25,708 nucleotides of DNA from Chlorokybus atmophyticus. Its lineage: Eukaryota; Plantae; Mesostigma and Chlorokybus algae. Position 1 is the first letter of the stretch. Each line of letters begins with the position of its first letter. The position numbers and the translations under genes are program-made. Positions 1-10,690 of this stretch are shown in pieces. The stretch spans positions 1 through 25,708 of the forward strand of contig RHPI01003079.1 of the NCBI GenBank assembly GCA_009103225.1. The letters are read 5' to 3'. The notes beneath the pieces are model-generated. The model was not told where the DNA came from. It did not search any database and was given only the letters and a program-made list of their open reading frames with translations.

Positions 1-82
1 CTAACCCTAACCCTAACCCTAACCCTAACCCTAACCCTAACCCTAACCCTAACCCTAACCCTAACCCTAACCCTAACCCTAA
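1..82 (+). repeat. Telomeric repeat array (CCCTAA)n, i.e. TTAGGG-type, ~14 units
   Basis: Perfect CCCTAA hexamers from base 1 to 82, C-rich strand on + as expected for a left chromosome end; abrupt end with no degenerate units. Confidence 0.97.
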
Positions 83-420
83 CACAGCACAACAGGTCAG
101 CAAGGCAAGGGTGATCGGCCGCCTCAAGAGGTGGTGAATTAGGTCGGGCACGACATGGCAGCGCCGACGCTGGTGACCTACCCAGGCTCTTATGCATTCC
201 GCAACGGAGGGCCAGGGCTGGTGTGGGACTCACGACACAGCAGGTTGGAAGAGCCAACAGCTGATGAGCGCGAGCGAGCGATGGGGTTCTTGTCCGGTGC
301 GACGGCAGCGCTAGGACTGAGTGAACAACGATGCCGAGTGCTGCTAGGGCAAGCCATGGACCAAAACAGCATGGTGTGGCTGATGGTTGTCTGCTTGGCG
401 GCACAAGAGTTGGCATCAGG
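83..420 (+). pseudogene. C-terminal part of a retrotransposon-borne C5 cytosine DNA methyltransferase (motif IX-X region)
   Basis: Frame of ORF 155..739 reads GDRPPQEVVN*VGHDMAAPTLVTYPGSYAFRNGGPGLVWD...EEPTADERERAMGFLSGATAALGLSEQRCRVLLGQAMDQNSMVWL. E-x-E-R-x-x-G-F...T...R-x-x-LLG-x-x matches DNMT3/DRM-type motifs IX-X (ELERIFGFP..YT...RQKLLGRSW). Catalytic motifs I-VIII are absent because of the truncation. Confidence 0.72.
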
Positions 421-649
421 CTTCATGCCGGTGCGACAGCAAGCACGTCAGGCGCCTGCGCCTCTGTCGAGGGGGTGGGAGCATGGTGTACATGATGGTG
501 AGAGTAAAGGGGTGTCTTTTTCGCCTGTGACAGCTGCAAGTGGCAAGAAAGCGGCTATAGATGGTGGCTTGAAGCTTGAGAAGCTTACCGAACAGACCAT
601 GGAGTGGTGTATGGGCGAGTGTGTGACACCGAAGCACCGTGAGCGGCAG

Positions 650-1535
650 AAGCATTATTGGCGCGCAAGCGCAACTGCTTTGCCTACTCCATCAAGGAGT
701 TGGGAGTCTGCAACTTCTACACGATGGACATTGAGTTGACCTCTCCTGAGCCCATCTTTCGTCAGCAATATCGGCTGATAAAGGTGGAGAAGGAGTTCGT
801 GTTGGACAAGTGTGCTGACTTGTTGGAGGCCGGACTCATTGAGGAGTCGACTTCAGACTTTGCGGCTGCGACAGTGCTGCTAATGAAGAAGGATGCGCAG
901 GGAAACTAGACCTCGAGGAGGATGTGTGGTGACTATCGGCCATTGAATGAGAAGACCAAGGCTGATCGCTACCCCATGCCTATCCCGAAGGCAAAGTTCG
1001 ATGACATCGGCGATGCAAAGGTGTTCTCAATTGTGGACTTGAGGCAAGGCTTCAACCGGATCGCCATTAAGCCTGAGGACCGTGGTAAGACAGCATTTTG
1101 GGGAGTAGATCAGCTCTACCAATGGAAGGTCATGCCGTTCGGCTTGAAGAACGCACCAATGAAGTTTCAGCGCGTGATGGATCGCGTGCTTCGTGGGCTA
1201 CCCTTTTGCAAGATGTTACATCGATGACATCTTGGTGTTTAGCCACACAATGGAGGAGCATCTTGTGCACTTGGAGCGCGTGTTCGAGCGCGTGCGCGAG
1301 GCCGGCATGAGGTGCCATCCGGAGAAGTGCTTGTTCGGGGCTAATCGCATCCCGTACCTGGGGCATGAGATAGTGCCAGACGGCGTCTGCGTGCAGCAAG
1401 CAAAGGTGGATGCCTTGCTGCAAGTGCCTGCGCCGACGGACATAAGTCGACTACGCGCATTTCTCGGCTTGGCGAACTACTATCGGCGGTTCGTGGAGGG
1501 GTACAGCAAGATTGCAAAGCCCTTAATGAGTTATT
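650..1535 (+). pseudogene. Reverse transcriptase domain (Gypsy), disrupted
   Basis: LLEAGLIEESTSDFAAATVLLMKKD..RMCGDYRPLN..DRYPMP..VDLRQGF..KTAF..MPFGLKNAP..F; YIDDILVFS after a frameshift at ~1207; YLGH; LRAFLGLANYYRRFV. Confidence 0.95.
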
Positions 1536-1629
1536 GAGGAAGGAGAAGGCGTGGTGCTGGTCGGAAGAGTGTCAACGCGCCTTTGAGCTTCTTAAGGAGA
1601 AGCCGTGTACTGCGCCAGTGCTGAGATGG

Positions 1630-2015
1630 GCAGACTACAACCGTCCTTTCATCCTACACACAGACTGGAGCCGCCTGGGCATAGGGGCCGTGTTGTGTCA
1701 GAAGGGTGACAATGGGAAGGAGTATGCGGTGACGTATGGCAGCCGAAGCAACAACAACACTGAGGCCAACTACAATTCCTATGAGGGGGAGTGTTTGGCG
1801 GCGGTGTGGGCCATTGTTCACTTCAAACCGTTTTTGTATGGACGTCCCTTCACGCTGATCATCGCCGACCATCAGCCTTTGGAGTGGTTAATGTGCAACG
1901 ACAAGCTTATAGGGAAGCATGCCAGATGGGCGCTCATACTGCAAGAGTATGCGTTCAGCATTGAACACCGAGCTGGTGTTGACAACATGGAAGCAGATGG
2001 GCTGAGTAGGAACCC
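1630..2015 (+). pseudogene. RNase H domain (Ty3 type)
   Basis: FILHTDWSRLGIGAVLCQ..YGSRS..EANYNSYEGECLAAVWAIVHFKPFLYG..DHQPL..RWALILQEY..EADGLSR in ORF 1534..2058. Confidence 0.93.
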
Positions 2016-2339
2016 AAACCCATCATCTATGGACGAGAGTGAGGCACGGCATGACTAAGCCATGCCCGTGGCTGAGTTTTTGGCCTTCCGTGTGGCGTCA
2101 TTGCTTGTATTGGCGGGTTCCGCAGACATGTACGCAACCACGCGCCAAAACGCAGCAGATGAGCGCGATGGTGATGGTGTTATGATGGCTTTGGCATCTG
2201 CACCAGCCCCGACGGTTGACAACGTTGATGGGAAGGAAGCCGAGGCTTCAAATGATGTATGGGGTGATGAGCAAGTGCTTGCTTACCTTAAGACCGGGCT
2301 GTTTCAAGCTGGGTGCGAACGGCGACACGTGATCGTGTG

Positions 2340-3500
2340 TGGCAACGTGCGCAACGGTTTTGGTGGGAGGGAGACCACCTTGTGCGCTTGATGCCTGATG
2401 GAGGTGTGAGGATTGTGCCTCAGCCACATGAGAGGAAGCCGCTTGTGGAGCTGCTTCTTGAGAAGATGGGCCACTTTGGTGTGAAGAGGACACTTAGGCT
2501 TGTGCAATCAGCATATTGGTGGGCTGGCATGCAGTCTACCGTGGCGGGAGTGGTCGCAAGTTGTGTGGAGTGCGAGAGGGTGAAGGCGAGCTTCAATGCC
2601 AAGCACCCACAGCTGCACCCTCTGCCAATATAAGGACTACTCTATCGATGGAGCCTAGATCTGGCCGGAGACCTACTAGTCAGCAAAAGAGGCAATCGCT
2701 ACGTGCTCGTGATGATGGAGCACTTCTCAAGAGGGGTCGAGGTGGTGGCGGTGGCGTTGCCGTTGATGGAGAGCAAGCTGGTTGCTGAGGCTTTCCTTGA
2801 CCAAGCGCTGAGCAGATTCGGAGCCTGTGCCAAGGTTCTCACTGACCAAGGCACTGAGTTTCGCGGCCAGTTCGATGACTTGTTGGCGCAAGCCTTCATT
2901 GATCATCGTAGGACTTCCCGTGATCATCCCCAAGCTGATGGGCTTGCGGAGAGCATGGTACAGGCGGTGAAGAAAGGGCTTTGCAAGTACTATCTCACTC
3001 ACAACAAGAGCGACTGGGACTTGGCGTTGCCGTGGCTAGCGATGGGCTACCGCATGACGCGAAAAGCTGCGCTGAGCTCATACAGCCCCTACTTCTTGTT
3101 GTATGGGAGAGAGCCCATACTGCTTACATCAATTAGGAGGCTGGTTGAGCAGGAGCTTGACTTGGAGGATCCCAATGTGTGGGAGAGAGAGATAGCAAAG
3201 CGTGCAGAGCTGTTTCGGTGTGTAATGCCAATGGCACTTGGCAACCTGCAAGTGGCACAACACCGCGACACGCTGCGCTATGCCAGGGTGAGGAGTGGCT
3301 TCTACAAGCCAAGACTGCAGAAGTTTCAGCCTGGAGACTTCATCTATCTGCAGAGGAAGACCAAGGACACATTGGGCACGAGTGCGAGTCGCACCATTCT
3401 ACGTGTGAAGAAGGTCCTCAGCAACGGAGTGTTGTTGCTGGAGGGAGCTGATGCCCGCACTACCAAGGAGCACATGAAGAACTGCGCTTCTTGTCATCTG
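2340..3500 (+). pseudogene. Integrase (zinc-binding H2C2 remnant, DDE core, C-terminal extension), disrupted
   Basis: GHFGVKRT..YWWAGMQ..CVECERVK; WSLDLAG; TDQGTEF; HPQADGLAESMVQ; SPYFLLYGREP; FQPGDFIYL in ORFs 2313..2633 and 2703..3575. Confidence 0.92.
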
Positions 3501-3557
3501 CCCAACGTGGATGACCACGTGGATCCGTCGACGGCAATACCAGGTGTGGATCACCGT

Positions 3558-3692
3558 TGTGAGCGGTGTGGTTGAGCAGACGGCTGGGACACCATGCTGC
3601 GGTGCGACAGGTGTGTTGCCGGTTGGCATATGGAGTGCCTCCGCCCGCCACTAGATGAAATTCCTGATAGGGCATGGTACTGTCCGGCATGT
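3558..3692 (+). pseudogene. PHD finger at the integrase C-terminus
   Basis: Reading through TGA at 3573: CERCG*ADGWDTMLRCDRCVAGWHMECLRPPLDEIPDRAWYCPAC, a complete C4HC3 pattern with P..W.CP.C; frame ends at TGA 3708-3710. Confidence 0.92.
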
Positions 3693-3749
3693 ATGAGTAG
3701 TAGCGTGTGAATCAGCTGCAGGCGCACGAGGACGTTGGCGCTCAGCTGC

Positions 3750-4776
3750 AAGGGGTGGTGACACGCATCTTTCATGTGTATGTGTATACCTCGTGAGATG
3801 AGTGGTAATTTGAGACAGCACAACAGTGTTTCATGGTGTACAATAGCATGCTGACATGCATGGCAAGGAGGTTGTACGACGAGTTCAAGCAACGAGGAGT
3901 GAAGGCACGACATATGCTTCTGTCAGCACTCGCGCCTCTTAGGACTGCGAGGGATCTTGTTGGGATTTGTGTAATGGTTGTAGATGGTGGACTTTGCAAT
4001 GCCATGCTTCTCGCTTGCCTCCCTAATGGCCCCTGCCTTCACATCATCCACAGCCATGGCAACCTGTACATTATATAATCATGCCACGCCCATGTTATTA
4101 AAGAGAGCGCATGTGCGTTACGTGAGCCCCACAGCCTGTCGCAGAGCCTTCTTGCTGCGACCCCTTAGCCTCTTCAGGCTGCACGGAGCTGAAGGTGTGT
4201 TGGCAGAGCGTTAGTTGCTCTCCATAGGGGTAGACTCCTGCGCCCACAAAGCAACACAGTCAACCACACAAAGCCACTCGCATACACACGCAATGTCATG
4301 GTATTGGTCACCGTCCGCGAAGTCTCCTCGACCATGCCTATGTAGCCAGGCATTCGCGCTTGCTATTTGCGTGATGATCGCGCGGCGTACGACTGCCACG
4401 GCGGTTGTGAGTCGTGGATACCATTGTAGGTGTCTCCATTTTGGCTTAGCTCAAACTGCATTGAGTTCCAACGGTTCCGTCGATTGAACTCACAACTAGC
4501 CATTGCTTTCTGACAGCACAGATGTAAGTAAATGCGGCTGTACTATAAGTAGCAAACTTAGCCATATTGTTACTTAAAACAACTATGAGTTTAACGAAGC
4601 AAAAGGCCTGATCAACGCCCCAACCTCTACAATACAAAGCCTACACATGAGCTTGGTGTGTTTGCGATTGTTGTGTATGGATGCGGAGCACACAAATTGC
4701 CTTTGCCGCACACACTAGTTGCGCGTGCTCACATTGCTGAGCATACACTCCCATCTGTCAGGGTCTTACCATCACA
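3750..4776 (+). repeat. Candidate polypurine tract and 3' LTR of the Gypsy element
   Basis: Short purine run AAGGGG(TGG) at 3750 followed by TGACAC; non-coding sequence follows; possible end near GGGTCTTACCATCACA (~4761-4776). No second LTR is available to confirm. Confidence 0.25.
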
Positions 4777-6365
4777 CTTCTTAGTAGCACCCATAGCTCC
4801 TACTTAATAGGGAACATACACACATACACGTGCGTCTTGCTATCAAGGGAAGGCCCTGTGAGCACAGCACCTAGGTAGGTGGCTTGTTGGCTTGCTGCCT
4901 ACATAGCTTCCTCTACACTTAGCTATGCTAGGTGGGAGCTCTTTTCAGCTGAGTTCGTATGTCTACAACAGCCTCGGCCTTGCGTACAGCGATAACATCA
5001 TCATCGCGCACACCATCAGCAACCAACAACCACATCCTCGAGAAGGACCAGCCCTCGTGGACGCCCGGCCCGACAGCAGTAAGGTCAAGGGGTGATGATG
5101 ATAAGCCACTCCCTGAGCCCCAAGTTCAACTGCACACTTGTGGTAGGCATGCAGGTATAGTGTAACCAGCAACAAGACAACCTTGTAGACTAGCATATGC
5201 GTATGCCATGTGCTGCATCCCCATACCTTTGCAGTTTGGGAGTCATCTTGTGTTGATTGCCGCGCGCGTATAACCACCATTGCACTTGCTTTCCATAAAA
5301 GCACACTCACTCTCACTCTTAACACCTCCCTCGCACCCCCAACGCCACAAACCCTTCACACAACACAATATACCTCAATTGCACATTTACAGCAACTGTA
5401 ATTATTTTGAACGACTAAAATCACACATATACATTGCCCGCCACACTTTTTTAAATAAGTTTGGATTGTTTGAAAACAAACCAAGTTAGGGGTGTATGAT
5501 GCACAACAAGGGCTAAAAGCAGCCTCAGCAATGCATATTTAGATAACTACACTACCTCCGTTTGATAGTTCAAAGTCAACCAAACCTTGCACACACTTCT
5601 GCCACCCACTGCTTGGTGGGCTCCCATGGCGCCAATACTTGCAGAATGGGCTACACCTTTATTCTCCACCCCCATTGGCCACTAGGAGCACACCTATACA
5701 CCGTACACCACCGTTGGCCGCCAATACAATGCACTAGGTAGGCCAAAACAGGTTATAGCATTGTCCGAAATAGGGCATTACTACACTATACCTAGCACAT
5801 TCGCCGTCATCGCAACGCACGATCAGCACCAAGGTCACACACTCCTCAGCGTGTAGTCACTAGGGGACCTACTTCAACATGCCTCGAGATCACATCCTGA
5901 TCACTGAAGACCGCTTTCATCGCACGCCCAGTTCTAATCGAGCGAGCAGCTTGCTATTACTCTGGTTTCCGGCTGTTATCAGCATTCCAGCGCCGTTATC
6001 GTACGATCTTACATGTCGTACTACGCCTCTGACACTGCCTTGCGGACAAGCGTTATTGCTTGCACGCTATTTGTCTATCAGCTTTCAGGCGAGTATTCTG
6101 AATACGTGCCTGAGGCCGGCTGTCGGCAGAGTAGTACGACATGCCTTGGATAGTACAATACCAAGAACCGCGCGTGTCACGGGGCATCATTGTTTCTTGC
6201 CGTCGGGGCAGGGAGTGTGGGCGTTGGGGGCGTTGGGGTTTGGGGGGGCGAGGTTGTGGCTGTCCGCGCATGCCAGGCGGGGGGCGCTGATGCGACACCT
6301 GTGGCCTGCCTTGCTTGCAAACACCGGAGCCGCTGAGCTGCGCGCCGCTAGCAGAGTCTGGGTGC

Positions 6366-6366
<1 letters not shown>

Positions 6367-6410
<44 letters not shown>
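6367..6410. repeat. (TC)22 microsatellite
   Basis: Perfect TC dinucleotide run ~180 bp upstream of the ATG at 6593. Confidence 0.95.
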
Positions 6411-6413
<3 letters not shown>

Positions 6414-6592
6414 CCTATATCTGCGCGGGTTGACCCCCGCTCTGCATGCTTTAGTGGTGGTATGCGCTCTCTGCGATTGGTTTGCCCATGTGCACGCCCG
6501 CACTCATTTCATCCCCCACTTCTTGCAGCAAGAAGAGCGTGTGTGGAGGACCTTGCGGTTTTGACGCGACAACAGGGAGCGCGTAGACAAGC

Positions 6593-9167
6593 ATGGCGCT
6601 GATGCGCGTGGTGGCGCTGATGCTTTTTCTGCTCGTCCAACCCCTCGCTGCAGGTGAGAAGAAGGACGAGCGAGGCACTGCGCGTGCCTGGTACCCCTCC
6701 TCCTTCCCTTCCTCTTCCGAGGAGGAGGAGGAGGAGAGTACCTCTCTTTGCATGCATGCCAGTGTGTTGGCTTTCCTCTTTTATTGCACCAACTAGGCTC
6801 GCTTCTCGGTGCTGACGTCTTCACCCATACGTTGTGCAGCTGCCACGGCTGTAGTTGCTGGACGATTGTTCTGCGACAAATGCAACAGCGGCATCCAAGT
6901 CCCCATCTCGCGCGGCAAGGTATGCTCCGGTACTAAGGGCAGGCAAGTCCCCTCAGCAGTGGGTGGAAGCCTGGGCTTATTCAGTCAAGGCGCCATGTAT
7001 ATCCATACGTTCTTGACATGTTTTTTCTGCACGTGTGAGAGAGTGAGCCCAATCTCATCTGGTTGACATATCATGCACGTGTGCAGGTGGTGCTCAATTG
7101 CACAACTTATGTCACTATCGACACGACGTATGATGATGACTACTATTACGCGTCCAATCCGGTTGTGTTGAACTCCAGCCAATCGACGCTTACGAATGCA
7201 GACGGCACCTTCAGCTTTGACAATGTCTATATGACAGACCAATACGTTGCAAGCTTGTATAACAGCTCTGTGCCGCCTTTCTCAGACTATTACAGAGTGT
7301 TCTTCCCAGTGCACTGCAACGTGTACGTGCCTGCATCAGCGCCATGCACTGCTGCGGCCATCACCTACCCTATCAGCAACAATGTAGACTGCACGAGTCG
7401 GATAGGAAGCCCTCTTTCTGCCCCTTACGAGGCTTCTCCAAGCCTCGCTTCCGTGTTCAGTCCACAGGATGCCTCCACTTACGCCCTTGGCAACTTTTGC
7501 CTTGCGCCGGCGCAAACACCTTCACCGCCGACGTGCCCGTTTCCCTCCGCTGCGCCCTCACTGCGACGGCTGTTCTACACCAGACCCGTCCCCGCCGGCA
7601 GCCAAGCAAGCGATGAGTTCGGACGGAGGTTGGAGATTGCCTTCTGGAACGATGCAACTGGCCGTAGTGTAACGGTGCTTGAAGCCTGCACCCTCCCTTA
7701 CTCTCCTCACAGCGTGGAAGCCGTCGACCTTTCTCTAAGCAAGTTTGGTGGTTACGCTAGCACCCTTCAAGTCGTAGGAGGTACGTGTGTGAGCACAGAG
7801 GTGCGCATATGAAGCAATGCCAACATGCCTGCTTGAACCGAGCGTATGGCAGAGAACCTTTACTTCTTGGGGCGCAACTGCTCCAGCCACACTGTGGGGG
7901 TGTTTCGCAAGCCTGCGGCATGGCATCCTGACCGCTATCAGCGCAACACGCGCTTTGCCCAACCCGTTCTCATCAATGCCAACTACACTTACTACCACAC
8001 GTTTGCTGTTGATGTGGACGGTGAGAAAGCTTGGGAGAGCGCGAGGAAGCGCGCAATGCATTGTACAGGTAGCTTATAGCTCTCTTGTGGTGCTCAGCTC
8101 TCGGAAAGGAGTATGTGTACTTCTCGGCGCTATCACCGATTGGAGGTGGTGGCAACTCGTTTGTCACGCATTTTGCCGTTCAGACTGCCACCTGGCGCCA
8201 GGCGGTACTCCTGGAAGTGTATGATGATTACGAGTATGAAGGCGTACAAAGCCCAGGGGCTGCATGGGTTTCGTTGTACACCATTCAGGTTGATTCCGCA
8301 GGTGCGTGTGTAACAGTTCAGGTCAAAATAGAGTGTGGAGAACAATAACAGCACAACTCCCCTCGGCCGTGATGGCTATGCACAGAGGCGCTCTCCTTGA
8401 TAACGGTTGACTTCAATGCGTTACTCTTAAATGTGGTTGTGTTGCGTGGCTTGCAGCGACGCCGCACAGGGTGTGGTGGGGTTGGCGGGACGACTCTGCC
8501 GCATATCAGTCCTGCTCCGTCAGCTATGGAGACATCTCTCCCGATCATCGTTCCATTACAAACCAGCAGCTATGGGATTATTGTGTTGATTTGCTGTCTA
8601 TCGACCAAGGTGCACATACACACGCACGCATGCGCACTGGCGCCAACAACCATGATGCGTAAGCACTGCTCATCGCATGGTTAATGACAGTCCATGGAAG
8701 GCTGTTTGTGTTACACGATGGGTACTTGCTCGACGGGCCAAGGCTGTCAGTATTCAACATATCTGGAGAAGGCCCTGTCCCCATCCTCAGCAATCGCCCA
8801 CTTGGGATCAGTTTTGCAAAGACCATAGCATACTACGCTCCAGCAAGTATATACCCCCCCCNACACACACACACACACACACACACGCACACCACCACCT
8901 CTCACTCCCCTCTCACACGCAATTGTCAACGCAGACTACCTGTTTTTCAGCGTGCCGAATTGGTTGAACTTTGGCAGCAGCGATGCAACAGCGTATGTGG
9001 AATTGTCACAGCTGGTGGGCAAGGCGGAGCTTGACGCTTGTCTTGCAGTTTCTGGCAGCAGCGATGAAGACCAGCCGTGTGCTGCAACAGGTGTTGCCAC
9101 TAGTGGCAACCGTCCCGTCCACATTGTGACTCCCCCCCCGGGCGGCAGCATCGCCCTGTTCTATTGA
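6593..9167 (+). CDS. Secreted protein, ~582 aa: signal peptide, Ole e 1-like Cys domain, Pro-rich linker, putative beta-propeller; 8 exons
   Basis: Exons 6593-6653, 6840-6919, 7087-7780, 7853-8020, 8098-8301, 8457-8609, 8691-8846, 8935-9167 all have GT-AG ends and consistent phases, with no stop. Signal MALMRVVALMLFLLVQPLAA; VAGRLFCDKC..V.LNC..T.ADG.F..C..C resembles Pollen_Ole_e_1. Further 3' exons (~9320-9945) are possible. Confidence 0.72.
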
Positions 9168-10690
9168 ATGATGGTGAGGGCATGCATGTGCATGCGCCCT
9201 CGTGCACAGTCATCTGTCATCGTGCGAGTGGGCATGCATACAACGCACGCAACTGTTTTCAGGAAACGTGTGGACAACAAACGCACCTTATTGATCCGCA
9301 AAAGACTAGGATGCAATAAACGCAGTCGGGGTGTGTTGCTTGCTAGTCGCCCCCTTGCCCTACAAACGTTATGCCTTAACAACAAAGCCTTACAAAGCGA
9401 AGACCTTGCGTACAAGTGTGCGTGTTTGCGTGCGTGTGTGTGGGGTGGCGGGGGCGCGGGGGGTGGGGTGGGGGGGAAGACACAAGCATTTCCAACCAGC
9501 ACACCTGCAGCGGCGGAGGCAGTTCAAGAAAGGGAGGTGATGGTGTGTCCCATGTCATGCGTACGCAATGTTGGTAGCCCGTACTCAGCGGCTTCAGCCT
9601 ATAGCTATCGCACCCAATGGCCACATCCTCGTCCTCACCTTCGCACACATCCTCCCCCTCCTTGTGCTCCCGTTTGTCCCCTCGGCCTTTTTCTCTCTCC
9701 TGCAGCCCCAAAACAGAGTACAACGGAAACATACGCACGTTGGCAGGTGTGTGCGCATGGGTGGGGATATCGCCGCTCACGAGGAGGCTATGTGTGTGCG
9801 AGAGCAAGCTGTCTGCAGGCCTGCGGTCGACATCGCTGCGGCAGTGAGCAATGCTGCCGATCTGAAGAATCCAACGGGCAAGCAGGCAGCTAGTATCACT
9901 GTCGACGTTCATACCCAAGCGGTTGCAGGTAGCAGCTGTAGCGCTATGCCGTGAGCAAGTGTACATAACATGCGTGGATGGAGACGCGCAGAGAGGCACT
10001 TCGCAGATTTGAAGGCACTGTTGCCACGCATGGCAAGTGCATTGAAGACTGCATGTAGCGTACTGTCGTTACACGGCATCAACAACAGCCATAACCACGA
10101 CTGCGGCTGCAACCACAAGGATAAGTATCGCTGCAGGTTACAGGTCTTTTCTGCCCTTCACTCCGCCAGGATAACCGTCACTGTATCCTCACATATATGT
10201 GCCCGCGCATCCATGTGTTCCTGTATTGTGGTAAACGCAAGCCACTTGCGTTTACACTCTTGCGGCAAGAGTGTTAAACAATGTGTGATGGTGAGCAAAT
10301 CAATGCACGCATTGACGTTGTCAAATCAATCCAACTCGTATACACCCCCGCATACAGTGCACGCAATGGGCACGAACTACTGTTATATACAAGCTGCATG
10401 ACAACGACTACGTGCACACTATATGTACAACCTAAGCTATTGTATGACAAAGTAGATACTACAGCATGGAGGCATATCTGCCAGCATATGCATTTTTACT
10501 CTGAGCTTGCAAGAAGTTTGCTACCTAGGGCACATTCAACGCCTGTCCAGCTTGCAAGCTCTCTGGACGCACGCCCGGGTTGACGCGCTGCAATGCTATG
10601 CTAACCCTGAGATCTTTGCCAAGTTTCCACAAGAGCTCCCCCTTGCTTAACGATGTAGACGAGGCCAGCTGAGGTACCGCTAAGAGCTAC

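Larger units (their letters stand above)
83..3710 (+). mobile_element. Decayed, 5'-truncated Ty3/Gypsy LTR retrotransposon pol: DNMT(C-term)-RT-RNaseH-INT-PHD
   Basis: Domains are collinear on + across frameshifts (~650, ~1207, ~1535, ~2330) and stops (140, 907, 2056, 2631, 3573). RT-RH-INT order is the Gypsy order. Confidence 0.93.

Noticed and set aside
190-3913. Many short minus-strand and alternate-frame ORFs over the retroelement
   Set aside because: Shadows of the pol frames in GC-rich coding DNA; no motifs.
5879-6433. 184-aa ORF ending in an SL repeat
   Set aside because: It runs through the (TC)n microsatellite in a promoter region and is not protein-like.
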